A stretch of 26,333 bases of DNA from a virus (lineage: Duplodnaviria; Caudoviricetes), in IMG/VR virus record IMGVR_UViG_3300014155_000011, positions 1 through 26,333 of that record. One strand, 5' to 3'. A program made the translations under genes and the position numbers. Within the stretch, counting starts at the first letter, position 1. Each line of letters starts with the position of its first letter. Below the pieces are notes generated by a model. The model searched no databases, was not told the origin of the DNA, and was given only the letters and a program-made list of their open reading frames with translations. This document shows positions 9,596 to 17,692 of the stretch, piece by piece.

Positions 9596-11428
9596 ATGGG
9601 CGGCATTCCTCCACTTCCGATTGCGCAGCCCGTACCGAAGCCCTTGATTTCTCCAGGGGAGATGCGGAACGCGGGGCTTGGTGCGGCTGTCGAGCTAAAT
9701 GAACAAGCCGAGCGAATGACTTCCGTGGGGATGGAACTGGAAGAGAGGATTATCCAGGCCAAGCGCCAGCTTGAAGTGAAGCAGGGCGAGATTGCCTTCG
9801 ATAAGTACCAGGAGCAGACGGAAACGGAACTCGGTAAAACCGTCAGTACAGATGACGTGGACGCGCTCTATGAACATTACCAGAACAGCGCTCCCGATGT
9901 GATGACACCGTACTCGAAAGATCCGAGAGTGGCGCAGGCGCTTAATCTCTACGCGCAGAGCCGCTCGGTGGACATGCAAAGGACCGTCAATGCCAGAAAA
10001 TCCAAGATCATCACCGACCAGGACTTGGCCGCGAACGAACTCAAGGGAGATAAATCCACACAGGATTGGAAGAACGCTTTCCTTTCTGGGGGCGATGTAT
10101 CGCTGGCTGAGGGAGAAGAGAGGCTGACGCTGCAATCGTCGGTTCTTCATGGGACCATGACGCAAGAACGTGCCGACGCGAAATTCCAGGAATGGCTGCT
10201 TAAAACCAAGAAATCGGCTATTGCAGGAATGATGTATAGTCCCGATCCAATCCAGCGTCGGAAATTCATAGACCAACTGAAAAGCGGAAACGTTCCCAAG
10301 GAGTTGGCTGGACTGGATAAAGGATTTCTGAATCAGGCACTTGCGAGTGCGGAAGAAGTGGACAAGGAGCTTACTGCGAAAGCTGAAACGCAAAATCTGA
10401 ATGCTTCGCTCGATAGGATGTACAACGCTTTTAACGCAGTTGACAGTGTGTATAAAGATGATCCCAATGCGCAATCTGCGGCGCTCAAAAATCCAGAATT
10501 TCTGAAAAGCATAGGCGCACTGACTACCGACCCTGTCACGGGTAAGCAAATTCCGAACTGGAGAATGGCGAAAGAGTTAGACCAATATGTGACTGCCGAT
10601 GCCGCCACCCAACAGAAAGCATACGAAACAGCCGCCGACAAGGAAATCAACGCCATATCCGATGACGTTGTAAATCACAAATACGGCGAAGCTCGCGTTC
10701 GTTTGACAAACAATTTGCCGACCATCGAGAAGCCGGAAAAATATAAGGGGCTGGGCGCTCGCTTGAGCGAAATGATTCAAGGAGCCGCCAATCGTGTTGA
10801 TGAGGATATACCTCCGCATGTCGATCTTGCCGAGCGTAGCCGACTGCAAAATGAAATACTTTCCGGCGAGCATGACGACAGCGATCTTCGAGCAGACATT
10901 ATAGGAAGCCGCCAGATCAAGGAGGCGTCCGGCAAGGAGCTGCTCAATCTTATTCCTGCGGTGAGGAACAAGATCATCAGCGAAGGCTTGAAATCCAGTA
11001 ACAATTATCTGCGGTCTGTTCTTGCTCCCAGCAAAGGGGCGATCTTTCAAGCGTTGCTGGAAGGAGGCACCGTAGATGCCGCGACACTGAAAAACATGAA
11101 TCCAGTGGAACAGCTTGAATTTGGACGATTGACTGAAGCGGAGGAAGAACTGACATCGTGGACGATTAAGGAAAACCAATTAGCGGCGTCAGGCAAGCGT
11201 TCTTCTCTCACCCATGAGGAAATTTTCAAGCAGGCCCAGGAGATAGCCAAACATTACATGCCCACGATGGAGCAGAAACTTGACGCCATACACCAGTCTA
11301 CGAAATCCGGTGACAAAGAACCAAAGTCATACAAACTAGGCGACCTCTACGAAGGAAAGAAAATTATCGGCATCAATCCCAAGACGCGCAAATTGAACGT
11401 CGAAGGAGTTGGCGTGGTCGCCTACTAA
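9596..11428 (+). CDS. Internal virion/ejection protein (T7 gp15-like position)
   Basis: 610 aa, helical and charged, Pro-rich N-terminus; second of three ejection-type genes. Assignment is by synteny and composition. Confidence 0.6.
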   Translation: MGGIPPLPIAQPVPKPLISPGEMRNAGLGAAVELNEQAERMTSVGMELEERIIQAKRQLEVKQGEIAFDKYQEQTETELGKTVSTDDVDALYEHYQNSAPDVMTPYSKDPRVAQALNLYAQSRSVDMQRTVNARKSKIITDQDLAANELKGDKSTQDWKNAFLSGGDVSLAEGEERLTLQSSVLHGTMTQERADAKFQEWLLKTKKSAIAGMMYSPDPIQRRKFIDQLKSGNVPKELAGLDKGFLNQALASAEEVDKELTAKAETQNLNASLDRMYNAFNAVDSVYKDDPNAQSAALKNPEFLKSIGALTTDPVTGKQIPNWRMAKELDQYVTADAATQQKAYETAADKEINAISDDVVNHKYGEARVRLTNNLPTIEKPEKYKGLGARLSEMIQGAANRVDEDIPPHVDLAERSRLQNEILSGEHDDSDLRADIIGSRQIKEASGKELLNLIPAVRNKIISEGLKSSNNYLRSVLAPSKGAIFQALLEGGTVDAATLKNMNPVEQLEFGRLTEAEEELTSWTIKENQLAASGKRSSLTHEEIFKQAQEIAKHYMPTMEQKLDAIHQSTKSGDKEPKSYKLGDLYEGKKIIGINPKTRKLNVEGVGVVAY

Positions 11429-11429
11429 C

Positions 11430-14400
11430 ATGGGATGGATAAGACCAACATTGGGGGAAACTGAGGAAACGGCGTGGCAAGGCGTGGCACCCCAGGAACC
11501 GAAAGAAACAGGATGGGAAGGTGTTGCGCCAACCTCTTCGCCTTTTCCGATGGATGACCAAATCAAGCACTTGCCGCCAGAAAAATTGAAATTGTTGATG
11601 GATGCACAACGCATGCAATTCTCATTCGTGGAACTGTCGCCTTTTCCCTTGGATGAGTGGCACGAGGACCAAATCAAGCACTTGCCGCCAGAAAAACAGG
11701 CTGAACAACGCAGCCATTTCTCATCCGTGATGTACGAACTGGCAAGACCTTGGATGGATTTGGGCTACAGTGCGGCCTCGGGACTCAATCGAGGATTAGC
11801 GAGCCTTGCCACTGAAATGGACCAAGTTGTAATGGGTGGTGAACGATATCTTACGGGTAAGACGACGCCGTATCGCTGGTATGACATAGATTGGAAGAAA
11901 TCAGCACAAGCATACGAAGAGAATGCTGATTGGTGGAAAAACCAATTACCGAAAGAGGGCGTGAGAGCTTTTGACAAAGTTTATCGGTTCACGGGCGAAG
12001 CGGCGGGAGGAGTCCTCCCCAGCATGTCTCAATTCCTGATGGATTGGGGTTCGGGGCTTACTATTCCCTATATGGCAGGTACGGAAGAATCCAGGACGCA
12101 CGGTACCGACCCAGTTATCGGCGGAGTCGTGAAGGCTATTGAGGTCGGACTTTTGGGAACAATGTTCCGAATGGTTGCGCCTTTGAAGAGTTGGCTACAG
12201 GCATCAATTCTGGGAACTTATTTCGGAACAGAGAATGCTCTTTTGGCTCCTCCAGGAGAACGCGGTGAGGCTTTCGCTAAAGGCGTTGCCACTGGCGGAA
12301 TCTTGGGACTCACCTCTCCATCGGGAAGATGGGGATTACGGGACATTTATCCCGAGATAGCGGGAGCGGCCCCGAAGCCAGCTCCAACCCCCCCGGAAAT
12401 TACGGGGTTGCGTCCAGCAATCCAGCAGAAAGATGGCTCTGTCGTACAAGGTGTGGATGGGGGAACCCACACGGATATTGTCGAGGGCATGGGAGAACAA
12501 GCGGTCAGCCTGGAGGAGTTAAATAGAAATCCTAAGTTGGCAGACCATGTATTGGAGAAGCCAGAACTTTACATGCCCGCGGTGATTGACCGCGCAGCGA
12601 AACTCAAGGGAGAAGGAGAACCTACGCCTGATGAGGAAGGCGCTCCTGCGGAACCTCCTGAATCCGGTAGGGGTTTCCTAACTCCCGATGGCAAGTTCCT
12701 TGACCGGGAACAAGCGAAAGACTGGGTAAAGGAGAACGAACCCGAAATCTACGGGAAGTGGGCTGGAGTTACAGGTGATGAGGGAGCGGAATTCCATAGC
12801 GAGGATTATAACCAAGCCCGCGAGCAGGTTGGCCAAGCCGACCCGGACTTGTCTGAACTTACCAAAAACCTTCGCGGTCTATCCCCGGACTCGCCCTTGG
12901 AAGAGCGGGTAAGTCTTGCCGACAGGATAAGAAAGACCTATACGGGAGTCCAAGAAGGGATTCGCAATTCCCTTTCTGAAATTAAATCTACGTCTGCCGC
13001 CTTGTGGGATTGGTACAAACACCCCGAAAGACTCTCGGATATTAGAGCCATGATTGATCGTTACAAGGGAGCCAAGGAAATTTCGGCAATGCGCGGCGGA
13101 AGGTTCGCCCGAGCCATACAGGAAACTTACTCCGACCGAACGCAGCGGGCCATGAGTGCCTACGTTCAAGCTGACGGGGACGAAGCTACTTTGCGGAAAT
13201 GGTCGGAGAATACCAGTGATTCATCCCTGAAACAAAAGTACGACGATGCCCTTAAATTGACCAAGGAGCAAAAAGGTTTCGTCCAAGATTACCGAAGGCA
13301 CATGGATGCGATGCTAGACCGAGCTATCGAGTCCGGTACATTGGAGCATGGAATCGAAAACTACGTGCCACAAATATGGGAGAAACCCGACGAGAATCCT
13401 GCCGCCCGTCGCCTGCAAGGAGAATCAAATGCGGGCCTGCTACGAAAAAATCCGTTTTTCGCCAAGAAACGTATTTACGAGAGCATGTTCGAGGGCGAGC
13501 AGGCGGGTCATACCTCGAAGGATTCGCGCTTGGGGTATCTCGTTTCCGCTTGGCATCAGGCTTTCGATGAGGGGTTGAACGCCAGGGCGTTTATCCACGA
13601 ATTAACCAACATGGATGCTTCGGACGGCAGGCCGATGGCTATTACTTCTGGAACTGGCACTCCATTGCCCAAAGACCAGCGCCCCGCATCAGCATTTCTC
13701 GTCAATCCTAATGCGGTGGGTTACAAGGTGACGCAAACGGACCCCGTAACCGGGAAACCGATGAAAGACCCGGTAACAGGAGAAACGCTCAAGCAGTCCG
13801 TGGATGTTTCCGATTACAGCAACCGTGGAATAGACCATCCCGCGCTGCGCGAATGGAAGTGGGCTACATCCGACAACGAAGGCAATCCAATCTTCGTGCA
13901 AGGAGATTTGAAGCTGCACCCCGAAGCCTATGAGGACGTGAGAAGGTTCTTGGGAACTTCCGCTATTCGCCAATCCACTATCGGACGTGCGGTATTGCGT
14001 GGGGCGGGAGAGTTAAAAGGAACGATGTTGGGATTTTTCTCGCCCTTCCACCAAGTTCATCTTGGCGTCACAGCGGTATTTCACGGGGCTAGTCCTTTCC
14101 GTCCACCTGCTATTGACCTGGAAAATCCTCGTGTTCGGGCGCGCATTGAACATGGGCTGAAACTCTATGAAGGCAGCGCCATGACCGAATGGCAGGAGGG
14201 TTTGGCTGGCCCTGGTCTTATCAAGTACATCCCCAAAGTCGGGGAGTATGCTGAACGCTATACGGAATATCAGTTCGGGTTGGACGGCTACATTCCCAGG
14301 CTCAAGAATTACATGGCTGAGGTCTTTGAAGCCAGAAATAGGTCTAGGTATCCCGAACTATCCGAAGACGAAGTATTGAAGTTGACCGGAGACCAAGTAA

Positions 14401-15431
14401 ATGCCACTTTCGGACATCAGAATTGGCGAGGCATGGCGGCGAACAAAACCTTTCAGGACAGTTTGCGCATCGCTGCACTAGCTCCTGATTTTCTCATCTC
14501 CCGTGCTCGGCAAGTGGGACAGGCGCTAAGACCCTACGGGAGAGAACAGTTTACGGCGCTGGCAATACGAGGAGCCGTGGGCATGTACATTGCCTCCAAA
14601 ACCATAGAGGGCATTATCTCCCTGATTGACCCCGAAAAGAACGAAGTCCACTGGGACCGACCCTTTTCAGTGACCGTGGATAGCACGGAGTATTCGCTTC
14701 GTTCGGAAGTGGGTGATGTTTACCACATGCTGCGAGACCCGCGTGGATTTGTCTACTACCGCCTCAATCCCTTTATCGCAAAACCAGCAATCGAAGCCAT
14801 TACAGGAAGAGACCGATTTGGCCGATTGCGCGACCCCTTGGAACAGTTGAAGGACTGGGCTACCTCTGCCGTTCCCATTGCTGGACAGGGATATTTCACC
14901 AAGCAAGATTATCCTCTTTATCAATCAATACTCCAGAGCCTTGGTATAACCACTTGGAGCGCGAGAACGGAAGCGGAAAAAACGGCCAGGGAAATAACTG
15001 CGGAGAAAAGCAAGGTTGAAGAGCCTCCAGTCACGAAAAAACGCATGGAGGCACGTAGCCAACTCAAAAAGGATTTTGAGGAAACCGGGGACTTCAATCC
15101 TATCCGGCAGGCTTGGCACGAAGGCAAGATAACCGTTAAGGATGCCCAGTGGATTACCAACCGGACGTTGAAGGGCGACCTGGAAAGCATGGTGGATAGT
15201 TTCACCGTGCCTGAATCATTGAAGGTTTGGAAAGACGCCACACAGGAAGAGAGGGTGGACTTGCAACCAGTAATCGTAATGAAGTGGTACCGCTGGCAGG
15301 AAAACGCTACGCCTGCGGAGCTACAGGCTTACCAATCCGATATGAATGAAGTGGCTGCCTGGAAACCAACAAGACCCTTGAAACAGGGCAAGCGCAGGTT
15401 TTCGCAAGGGTTTTCGATAGTGGGGAAATGA
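11430..15431 (+). CDS. Large internal virion/DNA-ejection protein (T7 gp16-like position; large polyvalent-type)
   Basis: About 1333 aa from ATG 11430 (TAACATG, coupled to the upstream stop; the tracked TTG 11409 has no RBS spacing). Gly/Ala hydrophobic helices in the N-terminal part, ENYVPQIW..., FAKKR.Y motifs and a C-terminal region like large phage ejection proteins. Confidence 0.7.
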   Translation: MGWIRPTLGETEETAWQGVAPQEPKETGWEGVAPTSSPFPMDDQIKHLPPEKLKLLMDAQRMQFSFVELSPFPLDEWHEDQIKHLPPEKQAEQRSHFSSVMYELARPWMDLGYSAASGLNRGLASLATEMDQVVMGGERYLTGKTTPYRWYDIDWKKSAQAYEENADWWKNQLPKEGVRAFDKVYRFTGEAAGGVLPSMSQFLMDWGSGLTIPYMAGTEESRTHGTDPVIGGVVKAIEVGLLGTMFRMVAPLKSWLQASILGTYFGTENALLAPPGERGEAFAKGVATGGILGLTSPSGRWGLRDIYPEIAGAAPKPAPTPPEITGLRPAIQQKDGSVVQGVDGGTHTDIVEGMGEQAVSLEELNRNPKLADHVLEKPELYMPAVIDRAAKLKGEGEPTPDEEGAPAEPPESGRGFLTPDGKFLDREQAKDWVKENEPEIYGKWAGVTGDEGAEFHSEDYNQAREQVGQADPDLSELTKNLRGLSPDSPLEERVSLADRIRKTYTGVQEGIRNSLSEIKSTSAALWDWYKHPERLSDIRAMIDRYKGAKEISAMRGGRFARAIQETYSDRTQRAMSAYVQADGDEATLRKWSENTSDSSLKQKYDDALKLTKEQKGFVQDYRRHMDAMLDRAIESGTLEHGIENYVPQIWEKPDENPAARRLQGESNAGLLRKNPFFAKKRIYESMFEGEQAGHTSKDSRLGYLVSAWHQAFDEGLNARAFIHELTNMDASDGRPMAITSGTGTPLPKDQRPASAFLVNPNAVGYKVTQTDPVTGKPMKDPVTGETLKQSVDVSDYSNRGIDHPALREWKWATSDNEGNPIFVQGDLKLHPEAYEDVRRFLGTSAIRQSTIGRAVLRGAGELKGTMLGFFSPFHQVHLGVTAVFHGASPFRPPAIDLENPRVRARIEHGLKLYEGSAMTEWQEGLAGPGLIKYIPKVGEYAERYTEYQFGLDGYIPRLKNYMAEVFEARNRSRYPELSEDEVLKLTGDQVNATFGHQNWRGMAANKTFQDSLRIAALAPDFLISRARQVGQALRPYGREQFTALAIRGAVGMYIASKTIEGIISLIDPEKNEVHWDRPFSVTVDSTEYSLRSEVGDVYHMLRDPRGFVYYRLNPFIAKPAIEAITGRDRFGRLRDPLEQLKDWATSAVPIAGQGYFTKQDYPLYQSILQSLGITTWSARTEAEKTAREITAEKSKVEEPPVTKKRMEARSQLKKDFEETGDFNPIRQAWHEGKITVKDAQWITNRTLKGDLESMVDSFTVPESLKVWKDATQEERVDLQPVIVMKWYRWQENATPAELQAYQSDMNEVAAWKPTRPLKQGKRRFSQGFSIVGK
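11538..11741 (+). repeat. Imperfect in-frame tandem duplication (~100 bp x2) with a 30-bp identical core
   Basis: GACCAAATCAAGCACTTGCCGCCAGAAAAA at 11556-11585 and 11667-11696; protein SPFP.D..DQIKHLPPEK...QR..FS.V..EL occurs twice. Confidence 0.9.
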
Positions 15432-15432
15432 C

Positions 15433-15828
15433 ATGAAGATTGAAATCAAAACTATTCCACATGAGAAGCAACGCTACGAGACGGTAGGTGACTGGCAAAT
15501 TCTTCCTGATGGCTCGCTCAAGATTGCAGTGAGCGAAATGGGCAACGACGACTATGCGTTTTTGGTGGCCATTCACGAAGCCATAGAAGTATGGCTCTGT
15601 AAGAAACGCGGTATCACCACGGAGCAGGTAGACACTTTCGACATCGTATTCGAGCAGAACCGAGCCGATGATGATGACTCTGAACCCGGAGACCATCCTG
15701 ATGCCCCCTATCGCAAGGAGCACTTCTTTGCGACCAGTATCGAGCGCCTGCTGGCGGCGGAATTGGGCGTAGACTGGGAAACATACAGTTCTGTTGCGGA
15801 GTACGACAAGACCGTGACGGAGTTGTGA
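15433..15828 (+). CDS. Putative metal-binding protein, zincin-like HExxE...H motif (possible peptidase/hydrolase)
   Basis: 131 aa; LVAIHEAIE helix followed by EPGD.P.APY..EH..A..IE, giving clustered His/Glu candidates for metal ligands. Confidence 0.6.
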   Translation: MKIEIKTIPHEKQRYETVGDWQILPDGSLKIAVSEMGNDDYAFLVAIHEAIEVWLCKKRGITTEQVDTFDIVFEQNRADDDDSEPGDHPDAPYRKEHFFATSIERLLAAELGVDWETYSSVAEYDKTVTEL

Positions 15829-17084
15829 TGGGAGAGTATTCGACAAAGAGCGTGGCGGTGGTGGACAATGGCTGCTTTTCTGAACTAGCCGCCACTCTAT
15901 CTGAATCATTTGGAAAGGTTTACTACAATTCTCCCTGGGTTGCGGATTATGTCACTTCCTACCACACCGAACTGGGAGAAGGCTTCCCCGACTTCGAGCG
16001 TGTCAACGACATTTGGGAAATCATAGACGACGTGGACTTGTTCATCTTCCCAGAACTTCATCAGGGGCCATTACAGGAATATCTTGCGCGGCAGGGGAAG
16101 CGGGTTTGGGGATCGCGCAATGGGGACGAATTGGAACTCTATCGCAAAGAGGCCAAAGAGCATTTCAAGGAGTTGGGCATCCCCCAAGCGCCCTATGAAG
16201 TGGTCAAGGGTATGGATGCGCTCCGCAAATACATCAAGAGCCGTGGCAAAGATAAGCTGTGGATTAAGATTAGCCGCACGCGGGGCGATACGGAGACCTT
16301 CTCAGTAGAGGGCTACGACTTGGCGAAAAACCATCTGGACGAACTGGAAGCGGGATGGGGGCCAGTCGCGGAGTACCGGGAGTTCATCGTGGAGGATAAC
16401 CTTCCCGATACCTTCGATTTGGCAATTGACACCTACTGCATTGACGGAAAATATCCTTCTAAGTCCTTGCTGGGAAACGAGCAGAAAGATGAAGGCTACA
16501 TCGGCGTGGTCAAGGAATGGAACCAGATGCCCCCCAAGATGGTGGACATCTACGACAAACTTAGTCCGTCCTTAAAAAGCTACGAGTACCGCAACTTCTT
16601 TGCCTTGGAATCGCGCACAGGGAAGGACGAGATATGGCTGGGAGACCCGTGTATGAGAGTAGGTTCCCCCATCTTTGAACTTGAGTTGAACATGCTCAAG
16701 AACCTTCCAGACATCCTCTGGCAAGGTGCGGAAGGAACGCTGGTCGAGCCGGAATATAAAGGGAAGTACGGATTTGAAGTTTTGGTGCAAAGCCCGTGGG
16801 TTGACGACCATCCGTTGCTTGTGGAGTTTCCCGACAAGTTTCGGGAACAAATCAAGTTCCGCTATGCTACACAATTCCCAGATGGTTTGTGGATCATGCC
16901 GCAAAATGCCGGTCCCATCTTCGGGGCCATCGTAGCCTACGGAGACAGCCTAGAGGAATGTTTCGCGGAAGTCGAAGAAATCAGCGCGGAACTCAAGGGC
17001 TATAAAGTGCAGACGTTCAGCGGAGCGGTCCCAGAGTTGCAGAAAAATCTAGACAAGCTGGAGGAATGGGGCATCTCATTTTAG
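15828..17084 (+). CDS. ATP-grasp ligase, PurD (GAR synthetase)-like architecture, substrate unknown
   Basis: RVWGSRNGDELELYRKEAKEHFKELGIPQAPYEVV...ALRKYI...LWIK parallels PurD IFGP...LE.SK.FAK......GIPTA.Y; FIVED and DPCMRVG (cf. E.N.RFG) motifs follow. ATG 15828 overlaps the upstream TGA (TGATG), with GGAG at 15819-15822. Confidence 0.75.
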   Translation: MGEYSTKSVAVVDNGCFSELAATLSESFGKVYYNSPWVADYVTSYHTELGEGFPDFERVNDIWEIIDDVDLFIFPELHQGPLQEYLARQGKRVWGSRNGDELELYRKEAKEHFKELGIPQAPYEVVKGMDALRKYIKSRGKDKLWIKISRTRGDTETFSVEGYDLAKNHLDELEAGWGPVAEYREFIVEDNLPDTFDLAIDTYCIDGKYPSKSLLGNEQKDEGYIGVVKEWNQMPPKMVDIYDKLSPSLKSYEYRNFFALESRTGKDEIWLGDPCMRVGSPIFELELNMLKNLPDILWQGAEGTLVEPEYKGKYGFEVLVQSPWVDDHPLLVEFPDKFREQIKFRYATQFPDGLWIMPQNAGPIFGAIVAYGDSLEECFAEVEEISAELKGYKVQTFSGAVPELQKNLDKLEEWGISF

Positions 17085-17560
17085 CCATGAACTCCCTTCC
17101 AAATAACGCGCCGTTTGATTGCAGAAATCAAGACCCCGGATACCCCGTAGTCATTTGCTATCACTTGATGAACTCGTGTATCGGAAAGGATTTCTACAAC
17201 CTGAGAAGCACACAATTTGTTTCCCTTGCGGCACTTCCTCGCAGCATCTTTCATATTATCGTCCTGTGTACCCAAAAAAAGATGTGCAGGGTTACAACAT
17301 CGTGGAGTGTCGCATTTATGAAGGACGCAAAGATTTTGGGGAATAGGACCAACAAACTCCTCGTATGCGACGCGGTGGGCTGCAAGGTCGTGTCCGTTAT
17401 GTCCCAAATGTCCGTAACCCTTACTGTCCAAGCATGCAGTCCAAAGCCAACATCCTGTTTTGGAGTCTGGAATGGTGCGATTAAAAATTCTTTCTTTCAG
17501 TGGCGTAGATGGCGGGAACAAGCGGTAAGATGGGTTTTGCGGCTGGAGTTGTTTCGGCAT
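17081..17560 (-). CDS. HNH homing endonuclease (HNH_3-type) with C-terminal HTH-like DNA-binding segment
   Basis: GCWLWT....GYG...AHRVAYE.FVGPIP..L.VLHKCD.P.CCNP.HL.LGT..DNM.D signature; IA.DYGVS..LIS.IKR...W C-terminus. GGGAGG RBS just upstream on the minus strand. Its stop overlaps the ATP-grasp stop at 17081-17084. Confidence 0.92.
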   Translation of the reverse strand: MPKQLQPQNPSYRLFPPSTPLKERIFNRTIPDSKTGCWLWTACLDSKGYGHLGHNGHDLAAHRVAYEEFVGPIPQNLCVLHKCDTPRCCNPAHLFLGTQDDNMKDAARKCRKGNKLCASQVVEILSDTRVHQVIANDYGVSGVLISAIKRRVIWKGVHG

Positions 17561-17595
17561 CGGTCCTCCCTACAAGGACTTGTGCTACCAGCCGC

Positions 17596-17604
17596 ATTGT
17601 AACA
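17596..17604 (-). promoter_or_regulatory. Candidate extended -10 promoter (TGnTACAAT) for the antisense HNH gene
   Basis: Minus strand reads TGTTACAAT about 35 nt upstream of the HNH ATG in the 63-bp divergent intergenic gap. No good -35 is visible. Confidence 0.4.
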
Positions 17605-17623
17605 TGATAAGGGGAAGGACGGG

Positions 17624-17692
17624 ATGAAAATGCGAAAAGCTATCTGGTTGGCGATTCTGGTCTTTGCTTGCCTTCCGGGAATCTCCCGTGCC
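17624..17692 (+). other. Predicted Sec signal peptide of the tail fibre
   Basis: Basic n-region MKMRK, hydrophobic AIWLAILVFACL, helix-breaking PG, S-R-A cleavage motif. A non-canonical lipobox reading (VFA-C) is less likely. Confidence 0.75.

Noticed and set aside
9695-11179. Long minus-strand ORFs (284 aa, 200 aa)
   Set aside because: Antisense shadows of the 610-aa gene with no recognisable motifs.
11556-11696. 30-bp direct repeat as a CRISPR remnant, att site or DGR template/variable repeat
   Set aside because: Only two copies, in frame within a CDS and part of a longer coding duplication; no adenine-specific mismatches and no cas, integrase or reverse transcriptase gene in the window.
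15828-17084. Calling the ATP-grasp gene purD (auxiliary purine metabolism)
   Set aside because: Only the general fold motifs are visible; PurD-specific Gly-rich substrate and ATP loops are not evident, so no gene symbol is assigned.
17066-17602. Plus-strand 178-aa ORF that would keep the operon co-directional
   Set aside because: It is the antisense shadow of a clear HNH gene that has a strong RBS on the minus strand.
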